Positions 27,640 through 35,953 are shown, numbered from the stretch's first letter. The stretch: 64,000 bases of DNA from a virus (IMGVR_UViG_3300031965_000020:3529-67528); one strand, 5' to 3'. Translations and numbers: made by a program. Notes: generated by a model from the letters alone, not told the origin.

Positions 27640-27951
27640 TTATTTCGGCTCCTTGGCGGGCTGGTGCTTGGCATGTCGCTTGGCACGCGGATGTGTGGCC
27701 GTAAGCTTGCCGCCTACCTTGAAGATTGTCATCGGCGTGTCGTCCACGGTGATCGGAACCGGCTGCGGCAGGAGGTGTGCATTCTTGGCAGCGTCCTGCT
27801 GTTGACGTATCTGATGCGCGACGACCAGCGCCTCGATGGCCAGCAGCCGCGAGCAGATTTCCTCGGCGGAGGGGCGCGATTCGCTCCGTGCAACATCGTC
27901 GTGGAGAGAGCGGATTGCGCTGAGCGTGTAGTCGAGAGGATCGTCGTTCAT
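27640..27951 (-). CDS. Hypothetical protein
   Basis: 103 aa; AGGAG SD. Confidence 0.65.
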   Translation of the reverse strand: MNDDPLDYTLSAIRSLHDDVARSESRPSAEEICSRLLAIEALVVAHQIRQQQDAAKNAHLLPQPVPITVDDTPMTIFKVGGKLTATHPRAKRHAKHQPAKEPK

Positions 27952-27983
27952 TGATAGCTCCTAGCAGCTCAGTCGCTCGCTGG

Positions 27984-29111
27984 CTACGAAATATCCACCA
28001 ATAACGTCTGCTTATTCGGCAGTTTCACGGCGTGCTTGCGTGGCACGTCCAGGCCCAAGTCTAGCCGAACTTGATTGGGCGGGGTGACCGATTGCCCATC
28101 ATCGGTCATCTCGACGTGCTCCTCGATGATACAGAAGCAGCAGGCGTCAGCGTGTCGGCGAGCCACGTCCATTGGCGTTTTCGTGTGCGCTGGGACGAGT
28201 TTACGCTCGATCTGGAAGCCGGTGTCCTCTGCGAAGCAGTCGACTTCGATGACGACACGGGCCGAGAGGCGCGGATAGACGGCCGCGATCGAGAAGCGTA
28301 AATCGTTCTGGATGCGTGTGCGAAGCGCGTCGAGCTGCGCGTTGATGAGCGCGAGAACCTCTCGCCCGTCCAATCCGTAGTACTGCGCCTCGCCGACGTC
28401 GCCGAAGCCGCCGGTGACGACTTTGTCCTTCGGCAATTGAGCCGTCGGCAGGCCGCGTGAGGGCGTGTCGGTGTCGCTGGCGGCTGGGCGATACGGCTCG
28501 TTGTCGGGGATGCCGTCGCGTGGATGGAGCTGGGAGGCGACGGACGCAAGGGTCGTCGCTGGGGGTGGAGAAGAACTCGGCGCACCAGCCGGTGCGGGAA
28601 GCGGAGTGGGAACTTCCGGCACGGCAAGCGGCGAATCCACTACCGGCGTTACCGACGGCGGCACCCCAGCGACAACAGGCGACGGAGCCGCAACCGACTC
28701 CGCAGGAATCTCGACTGATGGACGTGACTGGCCGGCACGACGGAGCGAGGTGGCCGGGCGGAGCGCCGGAGGCGCAGGTGTCGAGGACACAGGCTGACCA
28801 GATGGATCGACCAACGCAGGCGCTACTGCTCTTGCGGTCGGCAGCGGCTTGGCTGACTCAGCCGCACGCATCGCACGGATTTCATCGACTGACTTGCCGA
28901 GAAACGCCGCCGCCTGCTCGTCTGACATCGGACGCGGCGCGTAGACCGGCTCTGGCTGTTCGTTCGCGCGCGCCTGTCGGATTTGCTCGGTCGTGGCACG
29001 CTCGCTGCCTGCGACGGTCACCTCGATAGGCGCCCCCGGAGGGGGAACTGCGCCAGCGACGCCGGGGGTCTTGGCTGGGTCGAAGGAACGGCTGCCTGTT
29101 GATCTAGCCAT
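27984..29111 (-). CDS. Hypothetical protein, Pro/Ala-rich N-terminus and globular C-terminus
   Basis: 375 aa; C-terminal NDLRFSIAAVYPRLSARVVIEV. Confidence 0.7.
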   Translation of the reverse strand: MARSTGSRSFDPAKTPGVAGAVPPPGAPIEVTVAGSERATTEQIRQARANEQPEPVYAPRPMSDEQAAAFLGKSVDEIRAMRAAESAKPLPTARAVAPALVDPSGQPVSSTPAPPALRPATSLRRAGQSRPSVEIPAESVAAPSPVVAGVPPSVTPVVDSPLAVPEVPTPLPAPAGAPSSSPPPATTLASVASQLHPRDGIPDNEPYRPAASDTDTPSRGLPTAQLPKDKVVTGGFGDVGEAQYYGLDGREVLALINAQLDALRTRIQNDLRFSIAAVYPRLSARVVIEVDCFAEDTGFQIERKLVPAHTKTPMDVARRHADACCFCIIEEHVEMTDDGQSVTPPNQVRLDLGLDVPRKHAVKLPNKQTLLVDIS

Positions 29112-29328
29112 TCGACTGCGCCTTTACTCGCCGCTGAGCCTCAAACGCATGTTGACACGGCTGCAGTAACACACAGTTGGCGAGCGTTTCCAATGTGCGC
29201 ATGACAGTCGTACGGTGCGCTGCCTCGCCCTCGATCGTTGGTGGCTGCAGCGCTTCGGTGTAGAGCCGGACCATATAGTCATGGATCTCTTCGACGAGGA
29301 TCTCGTGGGTAGTCGTTGTCGTCGCCAT
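29104..29328 (-). CDS. Hypothetical protein
   Basis: 74 aa; coupled to neighbours. Confidence 0.6.
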   Translation of the reverse strand: MATTTTTHEILVEEIHDYMVRLYTEALQPPTIEGEAAHRTTVMRTLETLANCVLLQPCQHAFEAQRRVKAQSNG

Positions 29329-29603
29329 CAGACACCTGCAGACTCAACCTGCGCCTCATCTTGCTCGACCAACCGCGCCGCCTCGTCCTGTGTATACAAA
29401 CTCGCCACCTCGATCCGCAGTCGACCGTTGCCCGACACCCGGCGCGTTTTCACCCGGCCCAGCCGAATCCACCGATAGACCGTGCCGGTGGTGACATGCA
29501 TCAGTGCCGCGGCGGCCGGGATGGTCGCCAGTTCGGCGTGGTCCGCTCGGTCGATGTCGAGGAGCGGCAGGGCGATTGATTTGGTGATAGGCGTACTGAT
29601 CAT
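29328..29603 (-). CDS. Excisionase/MerR-like HTH DNA-binding protein
   Basis: IPAAAALMHVTTGTVYRWIRLGRVKTRR...GRLRI; ATGA coupling. Confidence 0.8.
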   Translation of the reverse strand: MISTPITKSIALPLLDIDRADHAELATIPAAAALMHVTTGTVYRWIRLGRVKTRRVSGNGRLRIEVASLYTQDEAARLVEQDEAQVESAGV

Positions 29604-29827
29604 TTGGTCGCCCGAATCTGGTTGATCCACCACTCAGCCTGCTCTCGCGTCGAGTAGGGACCGCAGTGCATGTGCCAGTCGACATCACCAACGTGCCGGT
29701 CGTAGACGAACCATGAATGTGTGTCGAAGCCGACCCCGAGTTCCATCCTGGTCGCGATGAACGTGCGAATCCGATCGACAGGAACAGCAGGCGCGTTAGT
29801 AACTGCCATCAGCCGCGATAGTTGCAT
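29600..29827 (-). CDS. Hypothetical protein
   Basis: ~75 aa; first gene of the leftward operon. Confidence 0.5.
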   Translation of the reverse strand: MQLSRLMAVTNAPAVPVDRIRTFIATRMELGVGFDTHSWFVYDRHVGDVDWHMHCGPYSTREQAEWWINQIRATK

Positions 29828-29889
29828 ATCGTGCGATCTCGTGTCAAGCGAACATATTGCGAAGATGCCCAGTCGCCGCAACCGCCCCA

Positions 29890-29940
29890 AAAAAATAATC
29901 GCCGAAAAATTTAGGCTGTAAAAAATAATCGCCGAAAAAT
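29890..29940. repeat. Perfect 21-bp direct repeat, 30-bp period
   Basis: AAAAAATAATCGCCGAAAAAT at 29890 and 29920. Confidence 0.9.
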
Positions 29941-30091
29941 AGACCGCTCAGTCCGATATGCTCTACAACCAGCAGGGGGTGGGGTGCCCTTTGGACAACC
30001 TTACTCGATATACATCCTAGTAGATATATGGATACTAGATATACAGGTGCCTGGCTTGCCGCAGTGTGCCGCGTGGAACCATGTCAATATC

Positions 30092-30120
30092 TTGACGGTC
30101 GCCTGGCCTCGCTAGATAAT
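30092..30120 (+). promoter_or_regulatory. Sigma70-type early promoter
   Basis: TTGACG-17 nt-GATAAT upstream of first plus-strand gene. Confidence 0.6.
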
Positions 30121-30274
30121 CCGCGCATAGGCTGACATTCTACCCCATAGTCTGCCGACTAACGGACTAGTGGCAGGCGTAGCTGGAGCGAAGATCAGCG
30201 AGATTAGGACTGTTTTGTGGGTTTGCTAACATGGCGTCTTGATTGCATTATGATTGAGCGTGGAGGATACGACT

Positions 30275-30520
30275 ATGGCGCACATGGCCCAGACTACCGC
30301 ACAGACTATTATCGACGATACAATCATGGCACTCAGGGTGGAGGCCGGGCAGGCCGGGGATACCGCCCAGGTCGCGATTTGCGACCGTGCGCTCAGTGGT
30401 AGCCAGCGCGCGCGAGCAGAGTGCGCGCGGGTCATCCGCATGGTCGATGACCAGCGCAATCAGCACGAAGACGACAAGCTCTACACATGTCCAGACTGCG
30501 ACGAGGAGATGCTCTACTAG
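30275..30520 (+). CDS. Early hypothetical protein with C-terminal CxxC
   Basis: GGAGG SD; YTCPDCDEE. Confidence 0.65.
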   Translation: MAHMAQTTAQTIIDDTIMALRVEAGQAGDTAQVAICDRALSGSQRARAECARVIRMVDDQRNQHEDDKLYTCPDCDEEMLY

Positions 30521-30633
30521 CAGGCTGAAGACCACGAATGTCAAAACTGCCCAGAATGCGAGCGAAGCTATTGGACCGTACTACACCGGACCATGCGAGC
30601 ACTAGGAGCAAGATCAGGCGAATCGGATACTAA

Positions 30634-30677
30634 GTATCCACAAGAGGCCATATCCACATATCCACATACGTGGATAA
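30634..30677. repeat. Four DnaA-box-like 9-mers
   Basis: GTATCCACA, ATATCCACA x2, and reverse TTATCCACG; each one mismatch from TTATCCACA. Confidence 0.6.
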
Positions 30678-30687
30678 GGGGGACGAG

Positions 30688-30822
30688 ATGAGTCAGCAAG
30701 CGGCTATTTGTACGACCTGCGGTAATCCGGACCACCAGCCCTACAGGGTGTACGATGATCATGGCACAGTGACAGCGGGGTGTGTGGACGCTATTCATGA
30801 TCACGAACTGACGCGAAGATAG
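30688..30822 (+). CDS. 44-aa Cys/His-containing peptide
   Basis: Hand translation MSQQAAICTTCGNPDHQPYRVYDDHG...GCVDAIH; AAGGGGG SD. Confidence 0.55.
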   Translation: MSQQAAICTTCGNPDHQPYRVYDDHGTVTAGCVDAIHDHELTRR

Positions 30823-30850
30823 CCGTAAGTGTACCAGCGCACGGTCCACG

Positions 30851-30880
30851 TTGACAGACGACTAGACGCCATGTTACGCT
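30851..30880 (+). promoter_or_regulatory. Sigma70-type promoter with extended -10
   Basis: TTGACA-18 nt-(TGt)TACGCT. Confidence 0.55.
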
Positions 30881-30928
30881 GTGCGTGGCGTATTTCAGAG
30901 TAGCGTAGCTACTGGAGGAGTTTGGATT

Positions 30929-31186
30929 ATGGCTCGATTGACACGCAAGCAGACTAAATCTCTCGAGTTTGCACTCAGGCACGCGGTACGAGCGCTTGAA
31001 TACGTAATGTCGCCTGATGTTGCCATTGCGCGCAAAGGCGGAGCCGCTACCACGACGTTGCACTATACCCGTGCGGACGGCGCCGTGCTGTACGAAGTCT
31101 GCAAGGATATCGGCTCGGATCTGACGGGACTACCGACAGCCGTAGCCGAATTGAGGACATTCCTAGCGACTAACGGAGGTATTTAA
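30929..31186 (+). CDS. Early hypothetical protein
   Basis: GGAGG SD; 85 aa. Confidence 0.65.
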   Translation: MARLTRKQTKSLEFALRHAVRALEYVMSPDVAIARKGGAATTTLHYTRADGAVLYEVCKDIGSDLTGLPTAVAELRTFLATNGGI

Positions 31187-31187
31187 C

Positions 31188-31499
31188 ATGGCTCGATACA
31201 TTGTGCGCAAGTCGTACATCGACGTGATCGGCGGGATCTGGTGGCCGATGGGCGCCACGTGCGCTATGCATAAGGATCTTAGTAACTATGACGTGGAGAA
31301 TATCCGCGCCTACGGTGAGGGTGTGATCGACCGTGACAGCGTCGAGCATTGGCTGATGCTCAATTCGGGGGACTTTTCGAGTGTGCAGGACTTCCGCGCC
31401 AGTATCGAGGATGGGGATCAGACGATTGATCTCGACTGGGCGGAGGGTGAGGAGAGTGATTACACGTTTAGCGATTGCATGTGGCCGGCGGAGGATTAG
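31188..31499 (+). CDS. Early hypothetical acidic protein
   Basis: GGAGGT SD; 103 aa; very D/E-rich C-terminus. Confidence 0.7.
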   Translation: MARYIVRKSYIDVIGGIWWPMGATCAMHKDLSNYDVENIRAYGEGVIDRDSVEHWLMLNSGDFSSVQDFRASIEDGDQTIDLDWAEGEESDYTFSDCMWPAED

Positions 31500-31626
31500 C
31501 TACGCGCGTACGCTTTGCAGCCTATCGGCGCGGGCGGGTAGGCTGCGACGGGTACACGATGTCGGCTGCGCCGACTAACAGCGATAGCGCTATCAGACGC
31601 GCGTACAGCGCGAGGAGTGGATTAAC

Positions 31627-31923
31627 ATGGCATCTAGACCACCGTATCAACATGATTGCGAGGCGTGCATACGCTTAGGTGAAGCGTATCGGCCGCCAAT
31701 GACATCGGTAGAACATCGGCCAGTCCTGCATGATCTGTACTACTGCCCGCGCGCGGAGTTTGGCGGAAGTGTGATCGCGCGATACGGGCATGAGGGATCA
31801 GAGTATGCGTCAATGGCGCTTGAGCTTATGCAAGGGCATGATCTCGGGCGTGATTCGGTCTTGGCGGAAGGCGCACGGCGCGCGATTCGGTTGCTCGCAC
31901 AAGCGTATGGGAAGGGGCGATAA
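31627..31923 (+). CDS. Early hypothetical protein
   Basis: HDCEACIRLG...DLYYCP...IARYG; GAGGAG SD. Confidence 0.65.
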   Translation: MASRPPYQHDCEACIRLGEAYRPPMTSVEHRPVLHDLYYCPRAEFGGSVIARYGHEGSEYASMALELMQGHDLGRDSVLAEGARRAIRLLAQAYGKGR

Positions 31924-31924
31924 C

Positions 31925-32212
31925 ATGGCAGCTAGGATCGATACTCAGCCGTTGACGCAATTGGAGTTTAGTGGGAATGACTTCAAGATCGCGCAGCGGG
32001 TAGCCGAGCATCTAGGATATCAACAGACCGCCTACACGTCTACATCAGCGCTCTGGGGATTGTTCTGTCTCAAAGAGAATCCTGCAACGTGGCGCGGACC
32101 ACGGCAGGCGCTTATGGATGGTTGCGTGATCAAAACACGCGAACTAGGGTTGATGTTCGTCCAGACGCTAGAGGATCTGCACCTGGACGCCAAAGGGAGG
32201 ATCGAGCGATGA
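31925..32212 (+). CDS. Early hypothetical protein
   Basis: 95 aa; coupled to neighbours. Confidence 0.6.
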   Translation: MAARIDTQPLTQLEFSGNDFKIAQRVAEHLGYQQTAYTSTSALWGLFCLKENPATWRGPRQALMDGCVIKTRELGLMFVQTLEDLHLDAKGRIER

Positions 32213-32544
32213 GACATGAACCCGAGCCGACTAGGACGCGCAAGCGCGGTACGCGCGTAACTCGCGCATCATCGCCCGAAGAGAAGATCGCACTGAATGA
32301 GGAGAACCGCGCCAACACAGCCAGTGAATTGTACGATCAAGTCGTCGCGAGCGGCTTAGAGCACGACTCGCACGAAAGCGATCTGTATTTGCGCGCGTCG
32401 GATGCGTCCCGACAATTGTTGGCCTGCTATAAGCACAGGTCAAACGTGCAAACGTTCTGCGATGCGGTGACAGGTGATCTCTGGTACGATGTACCGTTTG
32501 CGTATGCGCCGTACTGGCGTCAGCGTTACGGGCAATCGTCATGA
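32209..32544 (+). CDS. Early hypothetical protein
   Basis: DSHESDLYL...WYDVPFAYAPYW; GGAGG SD. Confidence 0.65.
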   Translation: MRHEPEPTRTRKRGTRVTRASSPEEKIALNEENRANTASELYDQVVASGLEHDSHESDLYLRASDASRQLLACYKHRSNVQTFCDAVTGDLWYDVPFAYAPYWRQRYGQSS

Positions 32545-32654
32545 TCGTCCTAGTGCGGGTGATAGTCGCCATCTTAGGCGCGTGGCTCCTCGCTCAGCTT
32601 GCCAGCGCGCCGCTAAATCGACTGGCCGAGCAGATCGCAGGGCTACGGCCATGA
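32541..32654 (+). CDS. 37-aa single-TM peptide
   Basis: MIVLVRVIVAILGAWLLAQLASAPL; ATGA overlaps at both ends. Confidence 0.55.
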   Translation: MIVLVRVIVAILGAWLLAQLASAPLNRLAEQIAGLRP

Positions 32655-32887
32655 TCGACGAGGAGAACGAGCTAAACCGCGTCCTGCAACGATTGATGGT
32701 TGAGCGAATCGAGCGGGACGCGGCGTTGATCGGTACTGACGCCGACGTGCCAGACAACCCGGCCGCGTGGGATTGTGAGCTGGACCGACGCGAGGCAGAC
32801 CGCCGGAGTGGGCGAGATCGGCGGGTGACGGCGCGAGAGGTTGAGGAGCGGAGGCTACGCATGAGGAGGGATGAACATGGCGGCTAG
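32651..32887 (+). CDS. Small protein with DRRxxDRRxxxDRR motif
   Basis: 78 aa; ATGA coupling. Confidence 0.55.
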   Translation: MIDEENELNRVLQRLMVERIERDAALIGTDADVPDNPAAWDCELDRREADRRSGRDRRVTAREVEERRLRMRRDEHGG

Positions 32888-33149
32888 CGACAATGATGTG
32901 ACACGGGTGATCTTTCGGCGCTGGAAGGACAACGGCGACGTGATCGCGGTCCTGCTGGACGTGCCTGCGAATCATGGTCGTGTCGTCTGCTACGAACACG
33001 TCGGGCAGCATGGCGAGGGCGATTGGTATGCGATTGTCTCGCAGACTACGCCCGCCACGCCCGAGGAGTACGCGGCGCTATCACGCGAGCTGACCAAGCA
33101 GGTCGGGTACTCGCTCGCCGTGCGAAGGAGATATCAGCGGACACGCTGA
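32877..33149 (+). CDS. Early hypothetical protein
   Basis: VIFRRWK..GDVIA...CYEHVGQHG; GAGGAGG SD. Confidence 0.7.
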   Translation: MAASDNDVTRVIFRRWKDNGDVIAVLLDVPANHGRVVCYEHVGQHGEGDWYAIVSQTTPATPEEYAALSRELTKQVGYSLAVRRRYQRTR

Positions 33150-33184
33150 GCACGGCTGAGCCCATCAGCCAGTACGCCTAGGCA

Positions 33185-33222
33185 CAGCTAGTACTAGGTA
33201 CTCTAGTACCAGCTAGTACTAG
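33185..33222. repeat. Direct repeat of CAGCTAGTACTAG with nested palindromes
   Basis: 13-mer at 33185 and 33210, each with palindrome CTAGTACTAG; GGTAC-tcta-GTACC between. Confidence 0.8.
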
Positions 33223-33243
33223 CATCTAGAAGGAGTTAGGACT

Positions 33244-33573
33244 ATGGAGAAGACTAGCAAGCACAGCGTGCAGCATACACCTGGACCGTGGCTGATGAAG
33301 CGCGCCGAGGTTCGCGTCGATGGTGAGTACGACTACGCGATCTTTGCCAATAGCACGATCATCGCCGAGGTATTTGGCCGGGCTGGTCAGACAGTCTTTC
33401 CGCCGGCTGCGGCCAATGCCCGGCTCATCGCCAAGGCGCCGGAGATGTTGGCGGTGTTGCGCGGTATCCTCGACAATCAATCACCTCTTGGTGACGGCTA
33501 CACACAAGTCTGTACGCTGGACGTCGAAGCGGCTGAGCGGATCATCGCCGAGATCGAGGGAGAGGAGAGCTAA
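33244..33573 (+). CDS. HTPGPW...ANARLIA family phage protein, copy 1
   Basis: HTPGPW and ANARLIAKAP motifs. Confidence 0.75.
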   Translation: MEKTSKHSVQHTPGPWLMKRAEVRVDGEYDYAIFANSTIIAEVFGRAGQTVFPPAAANARLIAKAPEMLAVLRGILDNQSPLGDGYTQVCTLDVEAAERIIAEIEGEES

Positions 33574-33577
33574 CCTC

Positions 33578-33910
33578 ATGCCAGACAACACGATAGGTCT
33601 CGGGCCTACACCCGGACCCTGGACGATCAACCTCTACGGCGTCGATCGCGTGATCAAGTACTCGGATGGGCTGCTCGTCAGCCATATAGCAAAGCTCTCC
33701 GAGGGAGCGCTGTGTCCAGAACATGGGACAGTCGAGGCTAACGCGCGGCTGATTGCCCAGGCGCCTAAGCTGCTGGCGCTGGCGCATGCCGTGGTCGCGA
33801 CGATCGATAGCACGAGCGTGGATCCAGAGACGCTGGATCCGCGGTGGATGTTCGTCTACGAGGATGCGCTGGCGTTGATTGGGGAGATTGAGGGAGGGGG
33901 AGGGAGTTAG
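33578..33910 (+). CDS. HTPGPW...ANARLIA family phage protein, copy 2
   Basis: PTPGPW and ANARLIAQAP motifs. Confidence 0.75.
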   Translation: MPDNTIGLGPTPGPWTINLYGVDRVIKYSDGLLVSHIAKLSEGALCPEHGTVEANARLIAQAPKLLALAHAVVATIDSTSVDPETLDPRWMFVYEDALALIGEIEGGGGS

Positions 33911-33912
33911 CC

Positions 33913-34263
33913 ATGGTCGTCTACTTGGTCTGCTTTGCTGCTGGCCCAGGTACCGGCTGGCTGGCCCATCATCTCGGCGTAGCGGCCTCTGAGAGCGATA
34001 TCAATCTTCGACAGGTACCGCATGGGGCCGGCTGGAGATCGTTGCCCCTGGAGGCGCCTAGCGGGGTTCTCGTCGATGTCTGGGAGGCGGCTGATGAGCC
34101 GTCCGCATGGGCTAGGCGGGATCAGCTCGCCAAGCAAGGGTCACGGGCGCGGCTCTGCTCGATCTGCAACCCGGGGAATAGTCGAGGGAATGGTCGAGGG
34201 AACTACCCCCGCAAAGGGGCGAGCAAAGGGGCGAAAGTGTCCCTAAAGCGAAAGTCCCCCTGA
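33913..34263 (+). CDS. Hypothetical protein
   Basis: 116 aa; CSIC motif; basic tail. Confidence 0.5.
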   Translation: MVVYLVCFAAGPGTGWLAHHLGVAASESDINLRQVPHGAGWRSLPLEAPSGVLVDVWEAADEPSAWARRDQLAKQGSRARLCSICNPGNSRGNGRGNYPRKGASKGAKVSLKRKSP

Positions 34264-34273
34264 CATACCTGTC

Positions 34274-34457
34274 TGAGAATTTGAGAAATTGCCCTAACTC
34301 ATTGATTCTAATAGACTTAGGTGTGAGAATTTGTGTGAGAATTTGTGAGAATTTGCACGCTAAGCGCTCTTGGCATGAAATCGCAGCTGCAAATTCTCAC
34401 AAATTCTCATCGAAAAAGCTGGTACTAGTACTATGTACTACACGCAGCAAATTCTCA
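34274..34457. repeat. Iteron-like array, candidate replication origin
   Basis: TGAGAATTTG at 34274, 34324, 34336, 34346; inverted CAAATTCTCA at 34390, 34400, 34448; AT-rich; noncoding. Confidence 0.75.
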
Positions 34458-34480
34458 TTCTCACGACTGGAGTGTCGGGG

Positions 34481-35500
34481 TCAGTTAGGTTTGTCTTCGC
34501 TTTCGCCATCGGGAACCATGACGACCTGTTCGATGGCAACACGCTTGACGAAGCCGTGATCACGTTCGATGACGCCGAGGTTTTCGAGCTTTTTGAGGTG
34601 GCGATAGAGGGTCGCTTGTGAGATACCGAGCATGCCATCGACGATGACTTCAAGATCGGACGTCTTGATACCTTCCTCGGGGATGACGACGAAGATCTTG
34701 TAGGCGGTCTGGGGAACGCGCGTCTTGCCCACGCCGACGTCTTCAAGCGAGCGGTACGGGACGAAGTAGGAGCCTTCCCGAAGCAGCTTGAACGTCTCGG
34801 GCGCCGCGTGGCGGGGGTTCCAGCCGACTTGGTGATACGGATGCTGAGGCGGCTCGGGGTCCACCATGAACATTTGCGTGTCGCTGAAGCCGGACCATGC
34901 CCCGGAGCCAGATATCCTGTCCTGGGGCCGCAGGTAGCGTTGAGAGGCATCTGCCAGCTGCTTAGAGAAGTGGGCGAGAACAAAGACGGTGACAAGATAC
35001 TCGCGGGCGAGGACGTGTAACTCCCAGAGCAGGGCGGCCACGCATCGGGGGTCGTTCTGGCTGCCTGGGACGAAGAGTGGGGCCGCCGGGTCGATGACCA
35101 GATGCGCACCGGGGATGATGGCTCGGCTGAACTGCGTCAAGCACCAGCGAAGCGTCGCGAGGGCCTGAGTTGGATTCATCATCAGCTTACGGTCGAAGGT
35201 GGGATCGTCGAGCGGGTTGTAGTAGGTCGTCCAAGTGCCGTCAAGCAATTGGTGCATATTGAGGATTTTGTTGGTGGAGTGCCCGCCTCGGTCGGTCGAG
35301 AGGTAGTAGAGGGCGGTTGGACGGTGGGTTTGGTGGCCACAGATCGATCGGCCATCCCGGAACCGGGCACACCACTCGCCAAAGAGGGTGGTTTTGCCCA
35401 CGCCTGGCGCACCCGCCAAAATATTGACGGTGCCAAAGTCAATGACGGATGGAATGGGATCGGGGAAGGGGAAGGGCGGGTCTGGTCTGGGTGCGTCCAC
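34481..35500 (-). CDS. RepA-like (AAA_25) helicase with C-terminal winged HTH
   Basis: AGAPGVGKT Walker A, LVIDP Walker B, VLAHFSK, ISGSGAW; C-terminal GISQATLYRHLKKLENLGVI. Confidence 0.85.
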   Translation of the reverse strand: MDAPRPDPPFPFPDPIPSVIDFGTVNILAGAPGVGKTTLFGEWCARFRDGRSICGHQTHRPTALYYLSTDRGGHSTNKILNMHQLLDGTWTTYYNPLDDPTFDRKLMMNPTQALATLRWCLTQFSRAIIPGAHLVIDPAAPLFVPGSQNDPRCVAALLWELHVLAREYLVTVFVLAHFSKQLADASQRYLRPQDRISGSGAWSGFSDTQMFMVDPEPPQHPYHQVGWNPRHAAPETFKLLREGSYFVPYRSLEDVGVGKTRVPQTAYKIFVVIPEEGIKTSDLEVIVDGMLGISQATLYRHLKKLENLGVIERDHGFVKRVAIEQVVMVPDGESEDKPN

Positions 35501-35503
35501 GAG

Positions 35504-35791
35504 CTACGGTGCCCCGTGCACGTTCAGTGGGTCGTGTTTACTGACAGTTATGACGAGTGAATCCCATCGGAGGCCCTTAGCCTGCCTGCGTGCCTCGCGG
35601 ATGGCCAAATATGCCGTCCTGGTGGGGTTTCTGGCGGCTGGTATGCTGCCGGTGACGGTGATAGGAGCTTGGACCCGCTGCTCGAACGTGACCGAGTAGT
35701 AGACGATCGGCTTGGGGACTGGCGTGGCGGCTGGTTCGGTGGGTTGCCTCGTCTGCCCTGATATCGCGGCCGAGCGTGGAGGAAAAGGCAT
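35504..35791 (-). CDS. Hypothetical protein
   Basis: ~95 aa; C-terminal part clearly coding (IVYYSVTFEQR...WDSLVITVSK). Confidence 0.5.
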   Translation of the reverse strand: MPFPPRSAAISGQTRQPTEPAATPVPKPIVYYSVTFEQRVQAPITVTGSIPAARNPTRTAYLAIREARRQAKGLRWDSLVITVSKHDPLNVHGAP

Positions 35792-35953
35792 GCGGGCGGC
35801 TGCTGCTGCGAATCGTGAATGACAGGGAACGGCGGACGCAGGGGAGTGAAACACAGATGACCAGCGCGTGTCAAGTGGTATCGTCGTGTGCGGGAGTGGT
35901 TGAACTAGTTGTGAGACAGATGCACTGTGTTGCGATGGGATAGCATTTTGTGC

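Noticed and set aside
29328-29603. Evidence of a prophage or integration module
   Set aside because: The HTH is Xis-like, but no integrase, att site or host genes are visible; lifestyle cannot be called from this window
29842-29847. Additional TTGACA hexamers on the minus strand (29847, 30087, 35874)
   Set aside because: No convincing -10 element at 16-18 bp spacing
30100-30260. tRNA or other structured ncRNA in the 29.9-30.3 kb and 35.8-36.0 kb gaps
   Set aside because: No cloverleaf, T-loop or CCA pattern found by eye; tRNAscan-SE/Infernal were not run
34274-34457. CRISPR mini-array
   Set aside because: Repeats are only 10 bp, irregularly spaced and in both orientations, with no spacer-length regularity; the same applies to the two-copy repeat at 29890
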